Part shown: in pieces, positions 56,112 to 64,000 of the stretch
Position numbering within the stretch: position 1 is the first letter of the stretch
How the letters are laid out: the number at the start of each line of letters is the position of its first letter
Source: an uncultured Bacilli bacterium
Lineage (GTDB): Bacteria; Bacillota_I; Bacilli_A; RF39; UBA660
Direction of reading: 5' to 3'
Length of the DNA: 64,000 nucleotides
Assembly (NCBI GenBank): GCA_934141145.1
Contig: CAKPCA010000002.1
Span: 3,701 to 67,700 of the forward strand
Program-made: the position numbers and the translations under genes
Notes under the pieces: generated by a model
Database searches by the model: none
Seen by the model: only the letters and a program-made list of their open reading frames with translations
What the model was told of the DNA's origin: nothing

Positions 56112-57479
56112 TTACTCTAATTTTTTCTTAATTTCATTAATTATTTTTTCTAGTTGTTTATTACTTTTTATCTCATCTGCAATCTTATCACATGAGTGTA
56201 TTACTGTTGAATGATCTCTTCCACCAAATTCCATACCTATTCTTGGAAAAGATTCATCCGTTAACTGCCTTGATAGGTATATTGCAATTTGTCTTGGGAA
56301 AGCAATAGTTGCTACCCTTTTCTTTGATTTTAAATCATCCACAGAAACATTATAATATTCTGCAACTACTCTTTGTATCTTTTGTATATCATTTTTAAAG
56401 TTTGTAGAAGAAGTAATAGTTCCTTTTAAAGCTTCTATTGCTAAATCAAGAGTAATCTCTTCTTGAAAGAATATTGTTGAATAAGCACAAACTCTAGTTA
56501 AAGCCCCCTCCAAACTTCTTACATCAGAATGACACATATTAGCAATATATTCTATTGCATCTTCACTCATATGACTAGAAAAATCCATATTATTCATTTT
56601 TTTTCTTAATATTTCTTTTCTAAGTTCATTATCTGGTGGAAAAATATTAACTTTTAATCCCCAATTAAATCTAGTTCTAAGTCTATCTTCTAGATGTTTT
56701 AAATCATCTGGAGAACTATCTGATGATATAATTATTTGTTTTTTATCATCATATAATGTATTAAATGTATGGAAAAATTCATTTTGTGTTTTAGGTGCAT
56801 TTCCTAAAAATTGAATATCATCAATTATAAGTACATCGATATTCCTATATTTATCTTTAAATAAATCAACATAGTCAAAATTTGTTCCTTCTTTATCCCT
56901 TTTATTTAAACCAAGAAAATCATTTATAAACTGATCACTTGTAACATATAAAACTCTTTTATTGGTATTTTGTATTATATAATTACCAATGGCTTGCATT
57001 AAATGAGTCTTCCCTAGTCCACTATTTCCATATATAAATAAAGGATTATACATTTTTCCAGGATTTTCAGCAACAGCAAGTGCAGTTGCTTGTGCAAATC
57101 TATTACTCTCACCTACTATAAAATTTTCAAATGTATAATCTGGGTTTAGATTTGCTTTCTCAGGACTATTATAAGGAACACCAATTTCTTCTTGTTTGTT
57201 TTCCACAGGTTTCTTTATATTTTGTTTATTATATTCATTTTCGAGTAAAAACTCTATATTAAAGTTAGTACCAGTGATTTCATTGAATATTTCACTAATT
57301 ATATCTATATATGATTCAGCAAGATGTTTTTTATGAGCAATTGTAGGAACAATAATAATAGCATGTTCTTCATTTAGTTCAACAAGTTTTGAATCTTTAA
57401 ACCACGTATTATATGATAAAGTATTCATTCTCTTACTTATAGTACTTAAAAAATTATTCCAAATACTTTCAATATTCAT
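56112..57479 (-). CDS. dnaA: Chromosomal replication initiator DnaA
   Basis: 455 aa, AAA+ GNSGLGKTHL, C-terminal DnaA-box-binding HTH. Confidence 0.95.
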   Translation of the reverse strand: MNIESIWNNFLSTISKRMNTLSYNTWFKDSKLVELNEEHAIIIVPTIAHKKHLAESYIDIISEIFNEITGTNFNIEFLLENEYNKQNIKKPVENKQEEIGVPYNSPEKANLNPDYTFENFIVGESNRFAQATALAVAENPGKMYNPLFIYGNSGLGKTHLMQAIGNYIIQNTNKRVLYVTSDQFINDFLGLNKRDKEGTNFDYVDLFKDKYRNIDVLIIDDIQFLGNAPKTQNEFFHTFNTLYDDKKQIIISSDSSPDDLKHLEDRLRTRFNWGLKVNIFPPDNELRKEILRKKMNNMDFSSHMSEDAIEYIANMCHSDVRSLEGALTRVCAYSTIFFQEEITLDLAIEALKGTITSSTNFKNDIQKIQRVVAEYYNVSVDDLKSKKRVATIAFPRQIAIYLSRQLTDESFPRIGMEFGGRDHSTVIHSCDKIADEIKSNKQLEKIINEIKKKLE

Positions 57480-57786
57480 AAAACCACCTCCCCTGAATTA
57501 TAGATAGTTTATAGACTTATAAATTAATTATAAACTTAAAATTTTATGTTTTCAAGTAACAAAAAATTATAAACAATACTTATCCACAACAAATGTGTAT
57601 TATTTTCTATATAAAATAAGGAATTTTATAAGTTATAAACATTTTCCACAAATTAACAATAAACAGTTTAATTATAAACAATACGAACTTATCAACAATA
57701 CTGTTTATAATGTGTATAACTTTGTTTAGCTTTATATTATAAACAAAAAATAAAAAAATTTCCACAGTAAATGTGAAAATAATTTA
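57480..57786. other. oriC upstream module: DnaA-box cluster and dnaA promoter region
   Basis: Perfect TTATCCACA at 57579-57587; TTTTCCACA at 57642-57650; ATTTCCACA at 57758-57766; at least 5 copies of TTATAAACA-like degenerate boxes. Confidence 0.6.
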
Positions 57787-58431
57787 TTATCTTTTAAAAG
57801 GATTACCATTTTCCTCTGGATTATTATAAATATCAATATTTTTTCTTTTTAGTTTATCTTCTATTTTTCTTCTTTCAATGTTCCTTTTATTAATCTCAAC
57901 TTCTTCATCAATTAATTTACCTGTTTCTTGTGATGCCATTTTATCACAAACCATTTTATCGATTAAATCATTAATTATAATTATTTCATTTTTAAGTAGT
58001 AATGCATCTTCTCCACTATATTTTTCACACATTACATTAATACTTTCATTTATATAATCTAGATTTGCTTCTAATTTTCCAATATCTTCTAAAGGTGGTT
58101 CTATTAAATTTATTTTTATATCAATTTTGTTTCTTATTAGGTCTCTAAAATTTTGAAATTCTGTGTCAGCGTTTAAAACACTTCTAACTTTACTCATATG
58201 AGAATTTACAATTACTTCACTTTCCTTATAATCATTATCATAGTTTCTTTTAACAAAATCTAAATCACCACTTACAGGAACATGACAAATTGTATTTGCA
58301 TCCCCTTCCCTAAATCTTCTTTTAATTTCATTAATTTCTTCAAGTTGTTTTCTATCACTTTCCTCTACACTTTTTAAATATTTGTATCTAACTAGAAGTT
58401 CTTTTAATTTTTTTTCCTTATCAAATAGCAT
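57787..58431 (-). CDS. Hypothetical coiled-coil protein (214 aa) embedded in the origin region between rpmH and the DnaA-box cluster
   Basis: ATG at 58431 with RBS AGGTAGGAG (7-nt spacer); charged coiled-coil-like N- and C-termini; no recognisable domain; the track's longer version is antisense to rpmH and rejected. Confidence 0.5.
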   Translation of the reverse strand: MLFDKEKKLKELLVRYKYLKSVEESDRKQLEEINEIKRRFREGDANTICHVPVSGDLDFVKRNYDNDYKESEVIVNSHMSKVRSVLNADTEFQNFRDLIRNKIDIKINLIEPPLEDIGKLEANLDYINESINVMCEKYSGEDALLLKNEIIIINDLIDKMVCDKMASQETGKLIDEEVEINKRNIERRKIEDKLKRKNIDIYNNPEENGNPFKR

Positions 58432-58493
58432 ATATATTCTCCTACCTTTATCTATGATTGTACAAGAAATTGTATTATTTTTCAATAAAAATC

Positions 58494-58522
58494 TTGACTT
58501 TATGGTAAAAAGTATATATAAT
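58494..58522 (+). promoter_or_regulatory. Sigma-A promoter of rpmH-rnpA (TTGACT-17-TATAAT)
   Basis: TTGACT at 58494-58499, TATAAT at 58517-58522, exact 17-nt spacer, ~30 nt upstream of the rpmH RBS GGAGG. Confidence 0.5.
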
Positions 58523-58554
58523 TGAAATGTTTTTATGAACTTGGAGGTGCAAAA

Positions 58555-58677
58555 ATGAAAAGAACTTTTCAGCCTAATAATAGAAAAAAAGCAAAGAAAC
58601 ACGGATTTTTTTCTAGAATAAAAGGTAAGGTATTAAATAGCAGAAGAAAAAAAGGACGCAAACAATTATGTAAATAA
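58555..58677 (+). CDS. rpmH: 50S ribosomal protein L34
   Basis: [40 protein letters not shown] (40 aa; below the ORF-track cutoff); RBS GGAGG. Confidence 0.85.
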   Translation: MKRTFQPNNRKKAKKHGFFSRIKGKVLNSRRKKGRKQLCK

Positions 58678-58731
58678 TAAATCCACATTTTTTAGTGGTT
58701 TTTTTTGTATTTTATAAGTAGGTGATATTTA

Positions 58732-59058
58732 ATGAAAAAAATAAATATTATTAAAGGAAAAGATGAAATAAATGAAGTTATTAAAAATAGGAAACAAGTA
58801 AAAAATAAATACTACTATATATATTATAAGGATAATAAATATGATAAATATAGATTCTGTATATGTGTTTCTAAAAAATTAGGTAATGCAGTTAATAGAA
58901 ATAAAATAAAAAGACAAGTAAAAGATATTATAGATAAGAGTAATTTGGTATTTAAAAGAAATGTAGATTATGTTATAATAATTTCTAAAGAGATTAATAA
59001 TATTGAATTTAATAAAAGAAGAGAATATTTAATAGAATTGATTTCAAAAATAGTGTAA
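58732..59058 (+). CDS. rnpA: Ribonuclease P protein component
   Basis: 108 aa basic protein downstream of rpmH. Confidence 0.85.
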   Translation: MKKINIIKGKDEINEVIKNRKQVKNKYYYIYYKDNKYDKYRFCICVSKKLGNAVNRNKIKRQVKDIIDKSNLVFKRNVDYVIIISKEINNIEFNKRREYLIELISKIV

Positions 59059-59072
59059 CTAGGAGAGAAAAG

Positions 59073-60023
59073 ATGAAAAAAAATAAAATAATTAAAGTAT
59101 TAGTTCTTATTTTTGCAGTTTTTATAATGACAGGATGTACTACAATATTAAAAGATCCAAAAACAAAAAAAGCTGTTTATTATGAAGATGAAAATGTAAA
59201 AATTACATTGAATGAAAATATATTATGTAAACCAACAAGTAAAGGTTTAATAAAGAAATACAATAAGTATAAAAAGCAAATAGATATTAGTAAATTACCA
59301 GATTGTACAAATTTTAAACCAACAGATACTACTTATGCTGGTTTATGGGAAACAATTGTAGTTAAACCACTTGCTTATTTAATATTGAAATTAGGAAATT
59401 TAACTAAAAAATATGGTATTGCAATAATTATATTATCCTTAATTATAAGAGCAATACTTGCACCATTTACTCAAAAGACAGCAATGCAATCTGAAAACAT
59501 GAAGAAGATGCAACCAGAAATGGATAGAATAAATAAAAAATATGAAAATAAAACAGATCAACAATCATTAAATCAAAAATCAATGGAAACAATGAATTTA
59601 TATAAAAAATATAAAATTAATCCATTTTCAAGTTGTTTATTTGCATTTATTCAAATACCATTATTATTTGGTTTCTTAGAAGCAATAAATAGAGTACCAG
59701 TTATATTTGAAGAAAACTTATTTGGATTAGTACTTGGTACAACACCATTAAAAGCAATGACATCAGGACATATAGAATATATAATAATAGTTTTATTAAT
59801 AGCAGGTACAACATTTGTATCTCAAAAATTAAATAAAACTGCACCAACACCTCAAACTAATGATATAAATCCTAATACAATGACAAATATAATGTTAGTA
59901 ATGATTTGTGTAATGTCATTAAACTTCTCAGTAGCATTATCATTATATTGGATAGCATCAACATTATTTACAATCGTTCAAAACTTAATAGCTAAACAAA
60001 TAGCAAAAAAGAAAGAGGTATAG
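59073..60023 (+). CDS. yidC: Membrane protein insertase YidC/SpoIIIJ (lipoprotein form)
   Basis: Lipobox MTGC, 5-TM 60-kDa-inner-membrane-protein core; rnpA-yidC-jag order. Confidence 0.85.
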   Translation: MKKNKIIKVLVLIFAVFIMTGCTTILKDPKTKKAVYYEDENVKITLNENILCKPTSKGLIKKYNKYKKQIDISKLPDCTNFKPTDTTYAGLWETIVVKPLAYLILKLGNLTKKYGIAIIILSLIIRAILAPFTQKTAMQSENMKKMQPEMDRINKKYENKTDQQSLNQKSMETMNLYKKYKINPFSSCLFAFIQIPLLFGFLEAINRVPVIFEENLFGLVLGTTPLKAMTSGHIEYIIIVLLIAGTTFVSQKLNKTAPTPQTNDINPNTMTNIMLVMICVMSLNFSVALSLYWIASTLFTIVQNLIAKQIAKKKEV

Positions 60024-60027
60024 TAGT

Positions 60028-60636
60028 ATGAAAATATATGAATATGAAGGAAAGAATGCAGAAGAATTATTATTAAATGCTTTAAAAGAATTAGATGTAA
60101 AAGATGATGAATTAATTCATTTTGAAAAAGAAGAAACAGTAGGATTATTAAAAAAGAAAAAAATAATAATGAAAGTAATACTTAAAACAGATGTAATTGA
60201 ATTTTCTAAGAAATATATAAAAAATTTAGTAGAGGCAATGGGACTTGAAGTAAATTTAGAAACAAAAAGAAAAGAAAATTATATTTTAATTAAACTTCAT
60301 TCAAATAATAATTCAATTCTTATTGGTAAAAATGGAAAAACATTAGATGCATTACAAGTGATTTTAAGACAAGTTTTACATGCACAAACAGGATTATTCA
60401 TAAATATAATACTTGATGTAGAAGATTATAAAGAAAAACACCAAAGAAGTATTGAGTTTTTAGCAAAGAAACTTGCTAAAGAAGTTGTTCAAACAAGTAT
60501 AGAAATAAAAATGGATTCAATGAATTCATATGAAAGAAGACTTGTTCATAATGTTCTTTCTGATTTTAAAGGAGTTAAAACAGAAAGTGAAGGAGAAGAA
60601 CCAAATAGATGTGTTGTAATAAAACCATCTAAATAA
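60028..60636 (+). CDS. khpB: RNA-binding protein Jag/KhpB (Jag-N, KH, R3H)
   Basis: KH GXXG-like LIGKNGKTLDALQ and R3H RRLVHNVLS. Confidence 0.8.
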   Translation: MKIYEYEGKNAEELLLNALKELDVKDDELIHFEKEETVGLLKKKKIIMKVILKTDVIEFSKKYIKNLVEAMGLEVNLETKRKENYILIKLHSNNNSILIGKNGKTLDALQVILRQVLHAQTGLFINIILDVEDYKEKHQRSIEFLAKKLAKEVVQTSIEIKMDSMNSYERRLVHNVLSDFKGVKTESEGEEPNRCVVIKPSK

Positions 60637-60701
60637 TGGTTCTTTTTTTTTGACATTATATATTAAAAATGTTAATATATGCTTTAAAAAGAGGAAGAAA
60701 T

Positions 60702-61427
60702 ATGGACAAAATTTATTTTACAAAACAAGAATTTGAAAAAATATGGAATAATTTAGCCTTTTTAGGTAGAGCATCTGAGGGTACGTGTAAAAGATTAAAT
60801 AATAAAGAAGCTATAAAATATTTAGATGGACCATATGTAAATTTAACTGAAGAACAAATACTAATGTTTAAAGATATAAAAAACAAAACATACTTATTTC
60901 CATATAGAACATTTTATATAGATGGTAAAATGATGGGATATATAACAAGATATTCTAGTGGCAAAAATCTTATTGAAGTTTCAAGAAATACTATAAGATT
61001 TGATAAATTAATAGATGGTTCACATGTAGTAGAAGAAGATACAAAAAAATTATCTGACAAAGGAATATCAACTTATGACATATTATTTAATATATTGTAT
61101 AAAAATGGAGTATTTCATATAATTGATACTTGTGAGTATAAAAACGTAGATACAAATAATAAAAAATTATACAAAGATAATATAAGCTCATTTAATTATA
61201 GTTTATTAGAATTTTTAGTAAAAGATAGATTTTATAAATTTGTATTTACATCAAAAGAGCTAAGAGAGTTATATGAAGAAGCAGAAAATGGAGAATCAAT
61301 AATACCATTTTTAGAAATGTTAAAGCAAAGACTTTGTGAATATTGTGATGAAGATGTAAAATATGTTAGAGATGCTAAAAAAGCAATGACGTTATGTCAT
61401 AAATCTGTATATCCAGAATACTTTTAA
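60702..61427 (+). CDS. Hypothetical protein (241 aa) between jag and mnmE
   Basis: ATG at 60702 preceded by AGAGGAAG; no recognisable domain; the FHIIDTCEYKN stretch faintly resembles a kinase-like catalytic loop (speculative). Confidence 0.5.
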   Translation: MDKIYFTKQEFEKIWNNLAFLGRASEGTCKRLNNKEAIKYLDGPYVNLTEEQILMFKDIKNKTYLFPYRTFYIDGKMMGYITRYSSGKNLIEVSRNTIRFDKLIDGSHVVEEDTKKLSDKGISTYDILFNILYKNGVFHIIDTCEYKNVDTNNKKLYKDNISSFNYSLLEFLVKDRFYKFVFTSKELRELYEEAENGESIIPFLEMLKQRLCEYCDEDVKYVRDAKKAMTLCHKSVYPEYF

Positions 61428-61486
61428 TGAAAACTTCGTATTTGAAGTTTTTATTATGTTATAATAAAAAAAGGAAGTGATTTTTT

Positions 61487-62839
61487 ATGAACGATACAAT
61501 ATGTGCTATATCAACAGCATTAGGCGTAGGAGCAATTTCAATAATAAGAGTTAGTGGAGATGAAGCAATAGATATTGTTAACAAAATATTTGATAAAGAT
61601 TTAACTAAAAAAGAATCTCATACTATAAATTATGGACACATAGTTTATAATAGCGAAATAATAGATGAAGTAATGGTAAGTATAATGAAATCACCAAAAA
61701 CATTTACAAAAGAGGATATAGTTGAAATAAATTCACATGGTGGTGTTGCTGTAACAAATAAAGTACTAGAAATATTACTTTTAGAAGGTGCGAGACTCGC
61801 AGAACCAGGAGAATTTACAAAAAGAGCCTTTTTAAATGGAAGAATTGATTTAGTAGAAGCAGAAAGTATAATGGATTTAATAGAATCAAAAACAGAAACA
61901 TCTAGAAAACTAGCAATAAGTGGAATGGAAGGAAAAGTATCAAAACTAGTAAAAAATATTATAGACAATTTAGTAAAAGTAAATGCAAATATTGAAGTTA
62001 ATATAGATTATCCAGAATATGAAGATATTGAAATAGTAACAAAAGAAAAAATAGAGGAAATGTCTAAATATATAAATAAAGAATTAACAAAACTATTAAA
62101 TGAATCAGAAAATGGAAAACTTATAAAAGATGGAATAAATACATTAATTTTAGGTAGACCAAATGTTGGTAAAAGTTCTATATTAAATAAACTTATAGAA
62201 GAAGACAAAGCGATAGTAACTAGCGTTGCGGGTACAACAAGAGATATAGTAGAAGGTCAGATAAGAGTAAATGGAATTTTACTTAATATAATAGATACCG
62301 CAGGTGTAAGAGAAACAGAAGATATAGTAGAAAAAATAGGTGTAGAAAAATCATTAAGTTTAATAAATGATGCAGATTTAGTAATACTTGTATTTAATAA
62401 TAATGAAAAATTAACTGATGAAGATAAAAAATTACTTGAATATACAAAAGAAAAAAAGAGAATAATAGTAATAAATAAAATAGATTTAGAAAATAATTTA
62501 GATATTAGTAATTTAAAAAATGAAAGAATAGTAAAAGTTTCAGCATTAAAAGATAGTGGTATTGAAAACTTAAAAAATGAAATAAATGATATGTTTAATT
62601 TAGAAGAAATTAATTTAGGAGATTTTACTTATTTATCAAATTCAAGACAAATATCACTTGTAAAGAAAGCAGTAGAAATATCGAAAAATTTAGAAGATGC
62701 TTTAAATAATGATGTACCAATTGATTTACTTGAAATAGATATAAAAGAAATTTGTGAAATACTTGGAGAAATAATAGGTGAGAGTTATGATGATAAATTA
62801 ATAGATACATTATTTAGTAACTTTTGTTTAGGAAAGTAG
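61487..62839 (+). CDS. mnmE: tRNA modification GTPase MnmE
   Basis: G-domain GRPNVGKSS, DTAG, NKID; C-terminal CxGK (CLGK). Confidence 0.9.
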   Translation: MNDTICAISTALGVGAISIIRVSGDEAIDIVNKIFDKDLTKKESHTINYGHIVYNSEIIDEVMVSIMKSPKTFTKEDIVEINSHGGVAVTNKVLEILLLEGARLAEPGEFTKRAFLNGRIDLVEAESIMDLIESKTETSRKLAISGMEGKVSKLVKNIIDNLVKVNANIEVNIDYPEYEDIEIVTKEKIEEMSKYINKELTKLLNESENGKLIKDGINTLILGRPNVGKSSILNKLIEEDKAIVTSVAGTTRDIVEGQIRVNGILLNIIDTAGVRETEDIVEKIGVEKSLSLINDADLVILVFNNNEKLTDEDKKLLEYTKEKKRIIVINKIDLENNLDISNLKNERIVKVSALKDSGIENLKNEINDMFNLEEINLGDFTYLSNSRQISLVKKAVEISKNLEDALNNDVPIDLLEIDIKEICEILGEIIGESYDDKLIDTLFSNFCLGK

Positions 62840-62845
62840 GAAATA

Positions 62846-63808
62846 ATGAAGAATATAGGAATAATAGGTAGTGGTAGCTTTGGATGTGCACTCGCAAACG
62901 TATTAATAAAAAATCATAATGTAAAAATATGGTCCTTTAAAAAGGAAGAAGCAGATGTAATAAATAATGAACATAGATGTATGTTTATTGATAATTCAAA
63001 ACTAGATGAAAGAATAGTGTGTTATACAAATTATGAAGATGTAGTAGTTGATTCAGAATATTTAATTTTAGTAACGCCATCAAGTGTAATTAGAAATACA
63101 TGCAAAAATATAAAAGAATATGTTACAAATCAAAAAATAATAATCGCATCAAAGGGTATGGAAATAGAAACTAATAAATTTTTAACAGATATTGTAAAAG
63201 AAGAGTTAGATTTAAAATATGTAGGAATAATCTCTGGACCAAGTATAGCAAAAGAAGTAATAAATGATATGGGATTAAAGGCTGTATTCGCATCTAATAA
63301 TAATGATTATAACAATGAAATAAAAAATAATTTTGAAACATATAAATTTAAAATAGAATTAAGTGATGATGTAATTGGAACAGAATTAGGTGGGACATTA
63401 AAAAATATTATATCAATCGCATCAGGATTAGTTAATGGTCTTAATTTAGGAAATAATATGAATGCTGTTCTTATTACAAAAGGATTAGAAGAAATAAAAG
63501 AAATAGGACTAAAATTGGGTGCTAAAGAAGAAACATTTTATGGTTTATCAGGTTTAGGAGACCTTTTAACAACATGTGAAAGTAATGATAGTAGAAATAG
63601 AAGATTTGGTATACTTTTAGCACAAAATAAAGATTTAGAAACAATAAAAAAAGAAATAGGAATGGTTATTGAAGGATTAGATGCACTTAAAATAGCTATG
63701 TCATTAAGTAATAAATATAATATTGATTCAAAAATAATAAGACAAATATATAAAATTATATATAATAAGGAAAATCCAAAAACTATAATTACATCTATTT
63801 TAAAATAA
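62846..63808 (+). CDS. gpsA: NAD(P)H-dependent glycerol-3-phosphate dehydrogenase
   Basis: N-terminal Rossmann GSGSFG, GpsA core ...GLSGLGDLLTTC... Confidence 0.85.
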   Translation: MKNIGIIGSGSFGCALANVLIKNHNVKIWSFKKEEADVINNEHRCMFIDNSKLDERIVCYTNYEDVVVDSEYLILVTPSSVIRNTCKNIKEYVTNQKIIIASKGMEIETNKFLTDIVKEELDLKYVGIISGPSIAKEVINDMGLKAVFASNNNDYNNEIKNNFETYKFKIELSDDVIGTELGGTLKNIISIASGLVNGLNLGNNMNAVLITKGLEEIKEIGLKLGAKEETFYGLSGLGDLLTTCESNDSRNRRFGILLAQNKDLETIKKEIGMVIEGLDALKIAMSLSNKYNIDSKIIRQIYKIIYNKENPKTIITSILK

Positions 63809-63885
63809 AATAGATGTTTTTCTTTTATTGTGCAAAAATAAATCTTGTAGTATAATACAAGTGCAAAAAAAGAAGGTTGATTAAA

Positions 63886-64000
63886 ATGAAATATGAAATA
63901 ATTGTAGTTGGTGGAGGACATGCTGGATGTGAAGCAACACTGGCTTCTGCCAATAAAGGTCACAAAACATTACTTGTTACAGGTTCAAAAGATACAATTG
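63886..64000 (+). CDS. mnmG: tRNA uridine 5-carboxymethylaminomethyl modification enzyme MnmG (5' partial, runs off the window)
   Basis: [20 protein letters not shown]-binding N-terminus; RBS AAGAAGG. Confidence 0.8.
   Translation, partial: MKYEIIVVGGGHAGCEATLASANKGHKTLLVTGSKDTI

Noticed and set aside
57787-58431. Calling the oriC-embedded protein a YabA analogue
   Set aside because: yabA is missing from its canonical ricT-yabB site, but this protein is twice YabA's size and lacks the C-terminal Zn-binding Cys/His cluster; there is no sequence basis for the assignment.
57787-58602. Track's 271-aa version of the oriC-embedded ORF
   Set aside because: Its N-terminal 57 codons run antisense through rpmH and its promoter; an internal ATG at 58431 with a strong RBS is the plausible start, so only 57787-58431 is kept.
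61645-63963. Minus-strand ORFs inside mnmE (61645-61968, 62008-62208, 62625-62810) and gpsA (63538-63963)
   Set aside because: Antisense to well-supported plus-strand genes right of the origin.

Overview
This 64-kb window is the replication-origin region of a very AT-rich (roughly 27-28% GC by eye) endospore-forming Bacillota (Firmicutes) chromosome. It is nearly all conserved housekeeping genes in Bacillus-like order. Left of the origin, all on the minus strand, are a histidine phosphatase, ssrA (tmRNA), smpB, rnr, secG, a Na/Ca exchanger, eno, tuf, fusA, rpsG, rpsL, ftsH, tilS, rpoC, rpoB, a ybxB-like methyltransferase, rplL, rplJ, rplA, rplK, nusG, secE, sigH, rlmB, mrnC, divIC, yabQ, yabP, spoVG, veg, yabG, ksgA, tatD, metG, dut, spoVT, mfd, pth, rsmI, yabB, ricT(yaaT), holB, bofA-like, recR, ybaB, dnaX, tadA, a short SRP RNA, gyrA, gyrB, recF, dnaN and dnaA. 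Right of the origin, on the plus strand, are rpmH, rnpA, yidC, jag, mnmE, gpsA and the start of mnmG. oriC is bipartite: a DnaA-box cluster at 57480-57786 and a box plus AT-rich unwinding element between dnaA and dnaN at 55934-56111. I found no CRISPR array, mobile element, rRNA or tRNA. Items not explained by the core annotation are listed here. (1) An unassignable 214-aa coiled-coil ORF sits inside the origin region between rpmH and the DnaA boxes. (2) A clear ComK-family gene sits between dnaN and recF where Bacillus has the S4-domain gene yaaA, and there is an orphan type IV pilin gene nearby. (3) Three tandem copies of an 18-bp palindrome lie in the tadA-dnaX spacer. (4) A short-form (~80 nt) SRP RNA lies upstream of tadA. 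(5) Two further hypotheticals lie in the jag-mnmE and ybxB-rpoB spacers. (6) There are synteny breaks: tilS-ftsH inserted between rpoC and rpsL, gpsA between mnmE and mnmG, and no yabA between ricT and yabB. Several starts given by the ORF track are over-extended; I corrected them using RBS position and N-terminal conservation.
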